Numbered from the stretch's first letter, positions 1 to 13,156 are shown. The stretch is DNA of 64,000 bases from Oopsacas minuta (GCA_024704765.1 JAKMXF010000111.1:1194619-1258618), one strand, 5' to 3'. The notes: generated by a model not told the origin, from the sequence alone. Numbers and translations: made by a program.

Positions 1-41
1 CGGCCTTAATTGTCCCGCCCCTGACTATTTACAGCGTTATA

Positions 42-1370
42 CGAGGGTAGTCCAAAAAGTTTTTAGAATCTATATGAAAGAATAGTAGGAAATGGATTAT
101 TTTTTTATAGTTTCTCGAAGTAAATACCAGATGACTGTATGCATAAATCCATCCTTCTAAACCAACTTTCAAAACAATTTTCCCAGTCTTCTTTGGTTAG
201 GTCTTGGAGGGCCCCATTATAAGCCAGTCTTGCCTCTTCTGCACTATCGAAATGAACCCCTTGATCTTCTTTTTTAGTTTAGGGAAAAGAAAGAAGACGC
301 ATGGCGCCAAATCTGGGGAATATGCTGGATGGGGTATCAATTTTATACCATTTTCTGCAAAGAAATCCATTGTTAAAGCTGCCTTGTGTGCACTTGCATT
401 GTCATGGTGCCATTGAAGTGAGGTGAGGTAGGCTTTAGGATGTAAAATGCTCCACTTTTCTATCACCTGAGGCATGCAAATGTTGACATACCAACTCGCA
501 GTTACAGTCTTTTGCTCTATAAGGGGAATAGTAGCAACATGTCCCTTTTTAGAGAGGAAACTGGCGACCATTTGCTTGTTGCCACTTCGTGCACGTCTCA
601 ATTTTTGAGGGAGATCATCATCTGGAAAAAGCCAAACTGAAGATTGTTGCTTCGTCTCTGGGTCATATTGGTAAATCCAAGTCTCATCTCCCGTAATTAA
701 TGTATTCAATAACTTTGAACGACCATGATCGAATTTTCTGATCATAAATTTGCACCAATCCACTCGAGTTGTCATTTGTTCTTCAGAAAGTTTGTGTGGA
801 ATCCAACGTGCAGCCACTTTCCTCACCAAGAGATGTTCATGAAGTATGGCATGGAGGCTTCCTCTGCTGATGTCTAAATAACTCATTATTTCGTCAATTA
901 TGATTCGACGCTCATTTTTGATTATTTTCTTAACTTTCTGGATATTTTCTGGGTTAACCGCATCTGCAGGACGTCCTGATCGCATCTCATCACTTAGAGT
1001 CTTTCGTCCACGGTTAAATTCACCGTACCAGTTGTACACTGTAGCCAAAGATGGTGATTTTTCTCCAAATGTGTCCTGAAGTTGAATATGTGATTCTTTA
1101 GGACTGAGTTTTCTCATAAAGTCATAAAAAATCATTGCGCGAAAGTCCCTCCTTTCCAAATGTAAATCCATGAGGAATAATTAGGTACGAATTTAAAATA
1201 AGAGCCAAGTGCTGACTATATAAGTAGCTGTCAAAAAAGTAATAAAAGATAAAAAGCTTAGATATTTTAACTAGAGTAGTTATAAATAGTGTACTATAGA
1301 TATAAGATGTATTGGTGTGCAAGAAATGAAGTTACAGCATTCATTCTAAAAACTTTTTGGACGACCCTCG
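42..1370 (-). mobile_element. Tc1/mariner (mariner-type) DNA transposon, full length
   Basis: 28-bp TIRs cgagggtagtccaaaaagtttttagaat (42-69) and attctaaaaactttttggacgaccctcg (1343-1370), 27/28 match; TA dinucleotides at 40-41 and 1371-1372; encloses a mariner transposase. Confidence 0.95.
105..1171 (-). pseudogene. Mariner transposase, frameshifted, third catalytic Asp lost
   Basis: Motifs WIPHKL, TGDETW, HHDNA and YSPDLAPC-V-F (GTC at 296-298 where Asp is expected). After the G-run at 257-260 the typical C-terminus (HFDSAEE...WFRRMDLCIQSSGIYFEKL*) continues in another frame to TAA at 105-107. Confidence 0.9.
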
Positions 1371-1426
1371 TAGTCCTATCATTGATTTAGTAGATACAAG
1401 TCCACTATTCGAAATATACTATCCGG

Positions 1427-1489
1427 CAGGGTTGCCGTGGGAATGGGATGGGAAATGGCAATTGAAATTCCTTTCCCACAGCAACCCTG
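1427..1489. repeat. 63-bp hairpin/mini-TIR element with CAGGG ends
   Basis: cagggttgccgtgggaa ... ttcccacagcaaccctg (16/17). A similar left end occurs near 48686. No clean TSD. Confidence 0.5.
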
Positions 1490-2028
1490 TATACCGGTGA
1501 TTACACTAAACCGTATTTCAAAGTCAGTAGACTAATATGAGTGATATATCATTCAGGGATGATAAATCCGCTCTTAGCCGTGATAAATATATCCCTCTAG
1601 TCATTAAGTCTAACGATAGCCTATGGTCTGACTTTACTCAGGAGTCACTTGCCCATCCACGAGACTTTTGAGGGACCTAGGAAGCCTGGTAAATTTGCAA
1701 CTTAGTCGGATTGTTTTACTTTAATATTCCCGCTCAAATTGGGCGATGTTCTCACATAAAATTAACATAAGACATTATTTTATGAAATTTTTATATTTTT
1801 ACAAATAATAAACTTGTTCTATCTCCACTGACTCCACAAGACAAACATCCTAATATCGGTCATCTCGATTATCTGCGGGCGGTGGAGCTGATACAAGTTC
1901 CTAACTACATAACAGTAGCCTAATGCAAAACATTAAATATAAATGAACAGGGGCGTAGGAGCAGACCCTACACCCCTGAATATACACTTAATCACTTATC
2001 ATATGCCAGTAATTAGTAGATCAGTAGA

Positions 2029-3945
2029 ATGAGTCAGGCTCAGGTAGAGAGTATGATCAAGAATATAATCCGAGAGATTATGTCTGAATGCGAGCGGTTA
2101 GGTGAGTCTCGTTCTGAAACTCTAACAGCATTTATGGTGAAATCTGTAGTACTAGACCCTGATAACCAATTTAACGTGAACAAACCTCTAACACGTACAG
2201 ACGTACAGCGACTCATACAAACATGTGTCACTCGCCTCACAGAGCAAGACTCAGCTCGTCTAGAAACCATACAGCTACAAGTATATTTCGACATGAACTA
2301 CACCCCTCGGGACAACTTCTTATCCGAGCACCATCGTCTCCAGCATCAGAAGCTACAGAATCTACACAGAGAGATTATGGATACTCGTGCACGTACCAGA
2401 GAGGAGTTGGACTCTCTTTATCGTAAAATTGTTATGTTTGTTCTGCTCAATTCAGGTATTGGTTCCCCCAATGACATCATCGCTCTGAAGGAATCTACTG
2501 CTGCTCTTCAGAGTGTGTTCCCTCAATCAGAGCTAGGACCATTCATGAGTCTGTCTAGACAGGACAAGGAGCAACAACTCAGAGAGCTCTGTCAGATTGT
2601 ACCAGGTATACGTCTATTCAACAGAGATGCTAAAAAGGGAGGAGAGGGTATAGAAGACCTCCCTGCTATGTTCCAACAGCTGTGTTTAGCAGCCAGACAG
2701 GAGTTGTTAGAAAGTCTCTCTGCTATCTCTTCTATTTCTCACAGACTGACTGCTTGTGCTGAGCTTCTCAATGAAGATAATGGACAACATTTTGACAGAA
2801 GTGATTATTTTCGTATAAAAGACTGTCTCGTAAACACACGACAGAATGAAGCCTTCCTACTGGTTATCCTTACAGATCTAGCCACAGCTAGTACTAATGT
2901 AGAGCTAGCTCATGCAAGGTTTGAGACTGATATAGCTTCATTGAGAGAGGCAGTGCATTCAAAATCAGCTGTTCCGACTGAGATAGTGTATCCACTATTC
3001 ATGGCTGTATGGAGTGAGTGGTCTAAATTCCAGGATGAGCTTGTGTTGCTAAGCGTGCTCTCTAACGTACACACTAACATGAAGCAGTTCTGTAGAATGC
3101 CAGCTGATCTCGTTACCAAAGAATCAATAAAACAGCTGTTAGATTCCGCGAGTGTTTACACAGACGAGCAGCGTCGCACTGCAGAAGTACCCATCGTAAA
3201 CACTGCTCTATATCCTAATATAGATTTTATATTCCCAGAGAATCTTAAGAACTTTGATCAGGTACCTCTGGAGTTCTCTGGATTTTGTGCATACTCTCTA
3301 GCTTACTACAGCGGTCTACTTATACCAGGGATACCAAAGGTTGCACTGGTGAAATATAAAAACAAGATATACTCTTTCTCAAGCAGTGAGAACGCTGTTG
3401 CTTTTGCTCAATCTCCTGACCAATATATTGACATGATTATAGAATGCTCTAGAAAATCTCCTGAGCTGATACAGCTCCTTTATCTACAGAGTTATTTCTC
3501 TACAGCCAAGCCAGCTGTCCACCCAGGCAAACTGGTGGAAGCTCCTCTCAGTAAGTCAGAACAGAGCACCCAGACAGACACGCACATACTACAGCCTACT
3601 ATTGACAAGTATGTACACTTTATTAATGGAATATATGAGTAATTAATGTAACTATTATTACAATATTATAGATCTTATGAGTGGAATGAGTGGGAGCTGA
3701 GAAGGAAGCTAATTCGTCTGACTAATCTCCGCACAAAGATAACTCACTCTACACAAACTGATTTGAGTAATTTCCGTAGGGAAAACGACACACAAGTGTA
3801 TCTACCTAAAGATAAATGGACACAGAGTACTCGCGAAAAGATGACAACTGTACCGAAACCTAGTACCTTTGTTACAGGCCTGAGAGGTAAGGGACAACCT
3901 CACGCTACTGTTAACTTTACTATACCAAAGGAGTCTCATTATTAG
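2029..3945 (+). CDS. CFAP206: Cilia- and flagella-associated protein 206; join(2029..3608,3672..3945)
   Basis: N-terminus ESMIKNIIREI...TAFMVKSVVLDP...QVYFDMNY matches CFAP206 as recalled. A 63-bp GT-AG intron restores the frame into KSYEWNEWELRRK...STQTD. Confidence 0.92.
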
Positions 3946-4372
3946 AATTAGTTCTCTATCTCTTATCTCCATAACTCGGTAACCAGCTCTCTTATCCAGT
4001 TACTACAATACTACATATAATGCTCTCTACATGCAAGTTATATGTACACCATTATGTATATCTCTCTCTTTATCAATTTACTATATTGAGATAATCAATT
4101 ATTTCAGCCAAGAGTGTAACACTTTATGAAATTGTATATTTTACCTCATTTCCTCGCACGAAAGGTTATTGATATTACAGTTTACTTATATAACGGCGAT
4201 AATTTTTATACGTATTAATACCCTATCCCCTCAGAATATAAAGTGACCTTTCAATACACTGAAATGTGAATAGAACAATCTATCCTACATATAAGTAATG
4301 TGTTAATATTAGCTAAATTCTATTTTAATTATATTTATTCCCAAAATTTCAGCTTCTAGCTAACTCATACAG

Positions 4373-7231
4373 ATGAGCACTGCATTCCCACTACCAGTTC
4401 TCACTCCTCCCATGGCCATGGCCCTAGGGGTTCCTAAGCTGGTACAACAACCCCAGATAATACCTACACTCTCAGAGACAGAGGAAATCCTAGTCAACTC
4501 CAGACTCCAGCTGTTCCTCAAGCCTCTCACTAGATTAAACATTGTAGTAACTCTGCCTGAGATAAAGCTATCTGCTATGTCTGTGTCTAACTGGGAGATT
4601 ATGGAGAAGTTAAAAACACTTGTTAAACCTGAACAGTTTGAGTTCTTGAATGTAGTAAATCTTAGCAGAGAATCTGTTACATTGGAGGCAGAGTTCTCTT
4701 CTGTTAGAGCTATGCGTCGGTCTATTCCTCTCATGACCGGACAGAGATTCAAACACAGTAAATTCACTGACCTTCTGTCTATCAAAGTTGTGACATTTGA
4801 TACTGTAGCTCCTGTCAAGAGTGAGTGGGAAGCGATATTCCGAGACAAGGGGATGATCTCCTTCCAGACCTCTGCTCCTGGAGACCGTCCTGACACGATC
4901 CGCTTAGAGAATCTTCCGATCGCATGGTTCTCTGAGACAGTGGACCCGATTAACAACAGACTCATTCCTAGCACTAAAATCCTGAGAGAAGCTTTTGAGA
5001 GGTTTGGAGGTATTAGACGTGTGGAGATTATTGCAGATGCTCCTCCCTCTGAGGATGGAGCTAATTTCAACTCATTTGGTCCTGGACACACACAAAATCA
5101 GAATATGACTGCATACATTCAATACTTTGACTATCAGAGCTTTTGTAATGCTATGGATGGGCTTAGAGATAGGTAAGGGTCTCTCTTTTATACTTTTAAT
5201 CTTTCTCTCCTTCTAACTTATTCTACGTCTGTAAGTACTAAGTGTATGCATATTAGCGAGCGAGCATAGCCATGTTATCTAATTGTGGAAGTTTTCATTG
5301 TACATCTGATTAGAACTCCATAAGCCTACCGGTGATCTATCATTTATACGAGAAATTTATTCTAGCACATAATAACATTACATCATTGTCAGTATTAGTC
5401 AGTTTTTTTACGGCTCACCTTAAGTACAGCAGCACTATTAAGCAGCACCAACTACACTTTCAGACACAATAAAATTATGAGAACATTAGTATCCCACGAA
5501 TATCTTACATATAACTAAAAAGCTGATTACATGGGGTATGTAATAGTGTTTTTAGACTGTAAAAGATTTATTGTGTGTTTGGCCCTGTTATTAATATATC
5601 TGCTCGATAAATCAGTTCAGATGAGAGAGGGTCTACTGTGATTGAGGAGCGTTTGTTTAATTCTTTTGTCGCCTGAATTTAATCATTATCACCTCAATTA
5701 TACTTATTCTTAGCTCATGCAGTGGTGTGGTGATAATCTGAGGTACAGGGTAATTCGTATTAATGTAGAGTTTATGTTCTCAGCTGTTTTTCAACCTTTA
5801 TTTGGTCACAACAAGTATATCAACTGTTTTCCATTACCCGAACACGTGCAATTCCGTGCTGCATGCATATTCATTATTTGCTAGTTAGAGTCAGGTATAA
5901 GGCGACTTGGCGGGCAGCCATGAAGGACACAAAGTGCCTACCATGAGACTCATATGTACAGGTTTATTATGTTATCGTCCAAAATAATGCCATGCCAAGA
6001 GAGTCCCTGTAAAAAAGTGTCGACCCAGAAATTCCTCTATAAACCCCCGGCAGTATTTCATTATGCTTTTACACCTGTGATTCCAATGTATATGTAAATA
6101 CATTAGCACATCTTCCTCCTAACGCCCTATATCTCTTATTCCTTAACAATTAGCTACTCTATCTAACAGCTGTGTAACAGCAGCGTTAAGTCAAGCTAGC
6201 TCCAGTTTCTATTCAACTAATAATTTTAAATATTTTGTATGCCCAGTATACGTGTGGATAATTATTGCATGTGAAGTGTTTGTTGAGATTTAACAATAAT
6301 AGAGGAGAGTATTTTATTTTGACATTCTATGTCTCACAATTCGATTATTTAACTGTTATATTTATTTTTGAATTGCTCTGTAACTCTCCTAAGTTTTTCT
6401 ATTGTTCTTGAGAGCAGAAGCTCTTGGCTATATAGTAGTAGTGTATTGCCGCTAGCTGAGTGAATGAGGCGATAAAATAATACGTACACGTGTACCTGGA
6501 GTCTCGTTTAAGCATTACTTCTGACTACTCGCAGGAAGCTGGTCAAGAAGGCTGGAGAGGCTGAGAATGCTGCCTTCATCAATCTGAGTGTAGACATGAC
6601 AAGCTATCTCAGTGATGAAAATGTGAAGAAGAGGCTTAGACAACAGGAGAAGCGAAATGAGCTCCAGAAACTGCTCGAACAGAAGAAATGGCTAGAAGAA
6701 CAGCTTGATATGCACTCACGTATAGAAGAAGAAACTCAGCAGCAGGAGCATAAAACTCGTATTAGTTTTCTAGCTCAACAGAAGAATACGTTTGAGTATA
6801 TATCTCGTAAATCTATATTCAGACCTTATCACAATCCGTACAATCAGGGGAATCCCAGAAGGATGAAACCACGCCCTCCCAGAGAAGAAGTGGAGCGAGC
6901 TACAGAGATGTCTACATACCAATTGCGGTATTGTGAAGCTAAGTCTCTACTGGGTTTTCTCCTGGTTGGAGCAGCTGAGGCGAGGAATGAAGAACAGAAG
7001 GAGAGGAAGAAGGGAAAGAATCGTGACAAGTATAGGAGACCTCATTCCCATGACAGAAGGAAAGATTCTTCATCTTCAATTGAACTCTTCCAGAGTGACA
7101 GTGATTCTCCAGACAAGTCCTCAATGGAGGTAGAGATGCGACAGAGACTGAAGAACAGATTCAGATCCTCTCACACTAGCACTAGTTCTAAGAACATGCC
7201 TTCAGATAGTGATGATGATGTTGCTCACTGA
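4373..7231 (+). CDS. AKAP17A: A-kinase anchor protein 17A / XE7-like splicing factor; join(4373..5172,6535..7231)
   Basis: LFLKPLTRLNIVV, SNWEIMEKLK, GDRPDTIRLENLPIAWF, AYIQYFDY motifs. Phase-2 intron 5173-6534 joins in frame to a coiled-coil and Arg/Ser/Lys-rich tail. Confidence 0.85.
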
Positions 7232-8885
7232 TTCACACTCGTTTAATTAGGCAGAGAGAACTTTAGATAGTGATCATGCAGTGCGGTTATTGATGCGAAT
7301 GTCTTATAATAATAATAATATTCACTTTCTTATAACTGTTTTAGCTCTTCTTATAAGTGGGGTGTGTTTAGATTAATGTTAGTTATAGGCAGTGGGGGTT
7401 GTCACTAACGCAATTGAGGTCAAACCTAGCGAGTTTTCTCTATGCGACTGACGAGGGTTTCTAACTGAATCGGAGCACGAGCCATTTTGCTATATTCCCG
7501 AAATGAGTAGATTTTCCACAAAATGTTGTGACGATTATTCTATGTAATATAACATTACATAAATAATCGTCACAGCACCCTTTCAGAGGGTGGGTACTGA
7601 CACTTACCTAGCTTGTAGTTCTATTAATTTTAGCAAGAAGTTATAAGTAATGGAAGCGTTTTAGGGATTATCCTTCTAAATACTCCTGTAAATACTGTAA
7701 TAATTACATTAATAATATGTCCCGTGTTCCAATTAGTGGTCTCTCAGCGGCCGGGACCCCTAGCTGAAATCTCCCCCCCCCCTCCCTCTTGTATATATTG
7801 TAAGGTGTTAATTTTATGCCCCAATGATTCAAATCCTTTTAGCTTCACCATATTATAGCTATTCTAGTTCAGTCACTATTATTCATCTGCAATGGGTGAT
7901 AAAGTTATTCAGAATAAAATCTATCAAACCGCTAACATCTTTGGAGATGAAGAATGTTATTCTAAGAAACTCTGGAACAGTATATTTGACAAGGTAATTC
8001 GTTACTTTATTATTTCTCTATTTGTTAATTACAATGTGCAATACAGTGGAACCTGCATAATCCTGAAGACTTAATACGACAGTGTTTCTGAGCTGAAATA
8101 GCTTCCCACAATGCAAATTAGCCCTGTAAACATCGGCCATTTGCTAATCCGAAGCAATTTTCATGTCCAATGAGTGTCGGTTTATGCAGTTCTCACTGTT
8201 TCAAAGGTTAGTACCTCACGTAATCAGTATTCCTCCAATCGGACACGAATATTGTGCTCTTAAGTCTTAATTAATTTGACAATTGGACCATAAACTGAAT
8301 TACGTCCTTAATAATAGTCTATACTATAATATGTTAATGATTACGTAATTAATCTATTTTTATCTCTATGCTTATTACGAATACTTAAACCATTTAATTA
8401 ATTAATACACAGACATAGTAGGCTGTGTATTTAAGATTTTGTAAATTTGTACGATCAATATTCATTCATAATTGGTTATTTCTGATCTTTTTGTTTTAGT
8501 ATCAGGACCAAGAGGGCCCGTATGACTACAGTATTGATGAACTTGAACTTCATTTAGAAGTGGATCCAGGTATTTATATTACATTATCTAATTCCTTCAA
8601 TAATCTCTGGTTATGTAAATATATATAATTTTAACTCTGATAAAAACTAGATTTTAAAGAAATTTATGGAGAATGTTGCAAAACTAATCCGTACGCTATC
8701 TATAAGCACCCGTCAGTATAAACGGTATTACTATATCTATATGGGGTGCTGGATTTATTTGTTACTGTTAAAGTCATTAGTTACATTCACACACAAAAAT
8801 TGAAATAATAAATAAATAAATATCATACAAATACACCAATAATACATAATATACCGCAATTATGAGTTCACGAAAGATTTTCTAT

Positions 8886-10013
8886 TTAAAAACACTTTCT
8901 ATGTATAATCGATGGTCCGCAATCATCATATTCTGCTTTTGTCACCCACACATCACTGCTCTTAAGAAGAGATGAGAAAATTGCTCCTCCAAACCATGAC
9001 AGTAGATCTTTATCAGGCAGAGAGATAATTTCTACTGGACAACTTCTCGGAGCTAGTTTAGTAAGATCTCTTGCTAGTCTTGTGTCCATTCCCTTAATCA
9101 TAGCATTACCACCTGACAGTACTATATTACCATACAACAGTTTTCTTATGTCTACGTCGGACTTCATAATGCTATCATATACACTTTCTGTCAGTCCGCA
9201 GCTCTCTCTTCCAATTAAACATGGATTAAACATGATTTCAGCACACCTGAATCTCTCGGACCCGATCTTAACAATATTTCCATCTGGTAGAGAGTACCAT
9301 TCTTCCTTTAGACTACTTACTTGACTCATCTCCTTCTGGTAATCTTGTGAGATATAGGCTAGCTCCTCCTTTATCTCATTCACTCTCTCTCTATTCTCTA
9401 ACGAAGTCAGATCATAACCACGTTCTGTAAATAACCTAACTAGATGTTCAGTGACGTTATCACCTCCCTGATCTAATCTTAATATAGCGTGAGGGAGTCC
9501 ATAGCCCAAATACACAGGAATTACATGTGAAACTGTACCTCCAGAGCTGACTACTGTTCCTGTGAGACGTCCACTGGCTATCATTGCTAGGACCATGTCT
9601 AACTTGAGGTGTAATGCGCCTACATTAAATGACTCAAACATAATTTGAGTTGTCTTTTCTCTGTTAGCTTTAGGGCCTATTGGAATCTCTGATAGCAGCA
9701 CTGCATGCTCTTCTGGTGCTACCTTCAGTTCACTGTAAAACACTTTTTGAGTAAATTCCTCGAAATCATCCCAATTAGTGATAATACCGTACTCTATAAA
9801 ACGAAAGATCGAGATCTCTGTCTGTCTCTGAATAGCTTCTTTTCCATGATACAAGGTTCTTTCTACATTTATTCCTGGATTTCCATTAACGCATCTCCCT
9901 AATACTGTACGAAAAACAGACCGTGGTGTGTTCTCACAGGAGAAACCAGCCCTACAATTATAGCTCCCCATTGTAATCACCAGTGTAGGAGTATTGTTAT
10001 ATGAACAGTGCAT
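8886..10013 (-). CDS. Divergent actin / actin-like protein, intronless, 375 aa
   Basis: Colinear with actin: GIITNWDD, ELKVAPEEH, KANREKTTQIMFE, LPHAILRLD, LPDG, ERFRC, IRKLLYGNIVLSGG, GPSIIHRKCF. Confidence 0.93.
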   Translation of the reverse strand: MHCSYNNTPTLVITMGSYNCRAGFSCENTPRSVFRTVLGRCVNGNPGINVERTLYHGKEAIQRQTEISIFRFIEYGIITNWDDFEEFTQKVFYSELKVAPEEHAVLLSEIPIGPKANREKTTQIMFESFNVGALHLKLDMVLAMIASGRLTGTVVSSGGTVSHVIPVYLGYGLPHAILRLDQGGDNVTEHLVRLFTERGYDLTSLENRERVNEIKEELAYISQDYQKEMSQVSSLKEEWYSLPDGNIVKIGSERFRCAEIMFNPCLIGRESCGLTESVYDSIMKSDVDIRKLLYGNIVLSGGNAMIKGMDTRLARDLTKLAPRSCPVEIISLPDKDLLSWFGGAIFSSLLKSSDVWVTKAEYDDCGPSIIHRKCF

Positions 10014-10346
10014 TAGTATAGCTGTAATACTGTTCTGGAAATTACTTTTTTGAAAACTAAGAGAAATTATATCTTATTTGAAAATCTGTTATCCAAAATC
10101 CCTAGTGTAGAGTTATGCTCAGAATTATGACTATTACTAAAATGAGTAAAATCCACTAATATGTAATATATAAGACGAGTGAATTGAATTAATCGTGCAC
10201 GTATATGATATCCATAAATCCCAACAGTAACCTGCTATACTCCAAATGTTCTTCATCACACCGTTTATACGTTTTATGTTGAGTATAGTAATGTAAATAT
10301 CGTAGTACAAGCTATTGATGCAAATACTGGTCAACGGTCACTTTGG

Positions 10347-11620
10347 ATGTATATATGTGATAATACTTTATATATCAATTTTTTCATAGAGATTATTTCT
10401 AAACCATCTCACAAATCCCTTTCTGCAAGTTCCTTCTCTCTCTCAGGAGATGATACCAATCCAAATCTCAAAACTTCTCTTTCAAGTGAAAGTGAAAGTG
10501 AATTTTACCTTCGAAATGCAACCCAATCACTATCAAATTCAGATAATAATATATCTGACAAGTCTCCTAGCACACAGTTAGAACTTAACATTGAAAAAAT
10601 CTCTCCTGATAAAATTAACTCTTCTAATTTATCTCTTCTCTCACGATTTAGGAAAATGCCTAAAATGAGTACAGTAGTGAATTCTACTAAAAATCAACAG
10701 GATTGCCTTAATCTCGACCCTACTTCTCCCTTAAAGCTCTGTCTAAAACAAGAGCCGCGTATACCCTTTGCTCCTTTGCACCCCCCTCAACGTCTGCGAA
10801 GACTAAATGTGTTGAATCAGGACGAAGTGCCACCAGAAGTGGAACACACAATATCAAACGTTTTTGGAGATTTCATCAATACAGATATGCTTCCTGTCCT
10901 ACGCTGTATATTAACATTCAATAATTACAGGCATCAAGGAGAACGATATAACAGAATAATATCTCCTTACATAGAAAAATCTATATCAATGCCTCTACGT
11001 CTAAAAAATGTAAACTATACTCTCAAAATAACGCCAATCAAGCACTTGACAACTTCACAACCAATCAAATCTAACCTCTCTCCTAGTCAATTAATGTTAC
11101 ATAGAAGAGCTAAGTCTACGTCAAATCGTAGTACTATCACTTCTTTTCATAGCACAAACAAATATATTCAACCGAAGAGATCTAATGATAATTGTCCTAT
11201 TAAGCTGTTAGAGACTTCTCATACGAAGATGAAAACATTTCCAGAGAAATTTCTCTATCTGTTAGACCTACTGTAAATAGATTTAAAAATAGTGACGTCA
11301 GAAATTCAACATTTATTCCTATTAAACTCTTAGAAACGTCAGCTGATAAAGATATTCTGCTCCGTGAAAGAGGCGAAAATACTCCAATAAGAATATCACC
11401 TCTTAAATGTAACATCAGACTACTAGACACTACATTACCAACTGTTAAACCTGATAAACTTGCTTCTGGTTCTAAGTCAAACTGCCTAAACTTAGAATCG
11501 AGACCTTTTGAACTTTTCCCTCTGTCAAACTCTACCCCTACTAAACGTACATTTTCAAAAATGAATGATGTTAAACTCTCTAAAAGAGTTAGACTAGATT
11601 ATGATAATTATAAAATTTAG
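10347..11620 (+). CDS. Ser/Thr/Lys-rich uncharacterised protein with a probable 1-nt deletion near 11219
   Basis: 309-aa ORF. A second open frame 11219-11620 repeats the motif PIKLLETS (11196-11219 and 11318-11341) and ends with a basic KRVRL motif. The 5' exon structure is unclear. Confidence 0.55.
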
Positions 11621-11699
11621 AAATCTAAAGCACCTTATAAATCACGTAAAATCTCTTCTAAACAAGTAAGTTATTTAGGAATAGGTTGTTACTTTATTT

Positions 11700-11913
11700 C
11701 AAGGTTGAAACCGATCGAACCGAATATCAGTATTCATGAATAGTTGCTTAACCGAATAGAGATATTATTCAGTTACATCAACCGAATACTGATAATATTC
11801 GGTTTGGACCGACGAATATCGAATACTGATATTCGGTTGGTAACCGAATATTGAACTATTCGCCAAATATTGTTCGGTTGAACCGAATATTGAACTATTT
11901 GGTTGCAACCTTA
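11700..11913. mobile_element. hAT-type MITE (214 bp)
   Basis: Ends caaggttgaaacc / ggttgcaacctta; exact 8-bp TSD ctttattt at 11692-11699 and 11914-11921; internal accgaata subterminal repeats. Related left ends at ~15789, ~25919 and ~37445. Confidence 0.8.
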
Positions 11914-12414
11914 CTTTATTTATTTTCATTATCAACATATAATGGTTCTCTCATTGAAATTATCAATCAGCCATTAATAGTTCATTTGTTTTCCATGTTA
12001 TCAGATAGATAGCTAAATATTTATAGACATCAGAGAGTAGATTCTCTAATAGTCTACCTGAGTACAGTAAAACGTATATCCTCACATTGCAGTCAAATGG
12101 TCCAGTAACTTTGAAATCCAGAAATTGTGTGTAGCGAGAGCTGAATGAATATTCAATTGATGTTAACACTCCAAACCAATTTCACCGTATGGATCCTTTA
12201 AAATGACACGTACTGTAATATTCCCTAATTTTGACACCCTCCCTCACTTCCCTGTGTGACTTTACGTGGCGTTTGAACAGCATCTCGATATCTATGTGTT
12301 CAATTTTACCTATTTAGACATGAAAAAGCTCCACACTTCTTTTAAGAATTAAGATTACTTTCATTGGTTCGTAATATTAGCTTAGAAATCAGATTATTAT
12401 ACATTCAATTCGTT

Positions 12415-12849
12415 ATGCCTAAGAACAAAGGTAAAGGAGGTAAGAACCGTAGACGTGGAAAGAACGAGAATGATTATGAGAAGCGAGAGCTTGTATTCAA
12501 AGAGGATGGACAGGAGTATGGTCAGGTTGTCAAGATGTTAGGTACTGGTCATGTAGAGGCTCTCTGCTTTGATGGAGTCACGAGGGTGTGTCACATACGA
12601 GGTAAGATGAGAAAGAAAGTCTGGATCAATCAATCTGACGTAATACTTATCGGACTAAGAGACTACCAGGATGGGAAAGGTGACGTCATCCTGAAATATA
12701 CTCCAGACGAAGCTAGGAACCTGAAAGCTTACGGGGAGTTACCAGACACTGCAGAAGTAGGCGGTTCCAAACAGGTGGAAGGAGATGAACAAATCTTTTT
12801 CGGAGATAATCTGGATGATGATTACGACGATGACGATGAAACTATTTGA
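12415..12849 (+). CDS. EIF1A: Eukaryotic translation initiation factor 1A, intronless
   Basis: [19 protein letters not shown]...[13 protein letters not shown]...[13 protein letters not shown], acidic tail. The true start is the ATG at 12415, not the TTG at 12364. Confidence 0.97.
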   Translation: MPKNKGKGGKNRRRGKNENDYEKRELVFKEDGQEYGQVVKMLGTGHVEALCFDGVTRVCHIRGKMRKKVWINQSDVILIGLRDYQDGKGDVILKYTPDEARNLKAYGELPDTAEVGGSKQVEGDEQIFFGDNLDDDYDDDDETI

Positions 12850-13156
12850 GGAGTTACCCTCTCATCTCCTAAAAGCTGTATTGTTGTATAGTAAGAATTA
12901 TTTCCTTGACACAGCAGCTCTTTCTGCTGTAGCCCAACTAACTAACTGACAACATATGAGCATGCTAATATTGTACAATTAGGCCTAGTATCTATTAATG
13001 GATATGTTACCTGTAGCTGTAGGAACATATTAAATGTTAATTAATAGATCTCACATATTTGTATACATGATACACGGGAATTCTCTGAGTATAGCAAATA
13101 CAACAGTTTTATGTCATTAGTATATAGATGTCTAGTTAGAATATTCTAATTGTTTG

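Noticed and set aside
1948-1978. 31-bp CAGGGG hairpin upstream of CFAP206 as a regulatory element
   Set aside because: Too short, no TSD and no independent support; probably a transposon footprint.
4360-5091. 243-aa antisense ORF and similar shadow ORFs (2040-2294, 9082-9324, 14263-14691, 44692-44910, 48193-48504, 54629-54988)
   Set aside because: They lie opposite well-supported genes and have no recognisable motifs.
11700-11913. Recurrent accgaata units as a CRISPR array
   Set aside because: The units are short, irregularly spaced and bounded by TIRs with an 8-bp TSD; the context is eukaryotic and there are no cas genes.
12364-12414. N-terminal extension of eIF1A from TTG
   Set aside because: The conserved protein begins MPKNK at the ATG at 12415.
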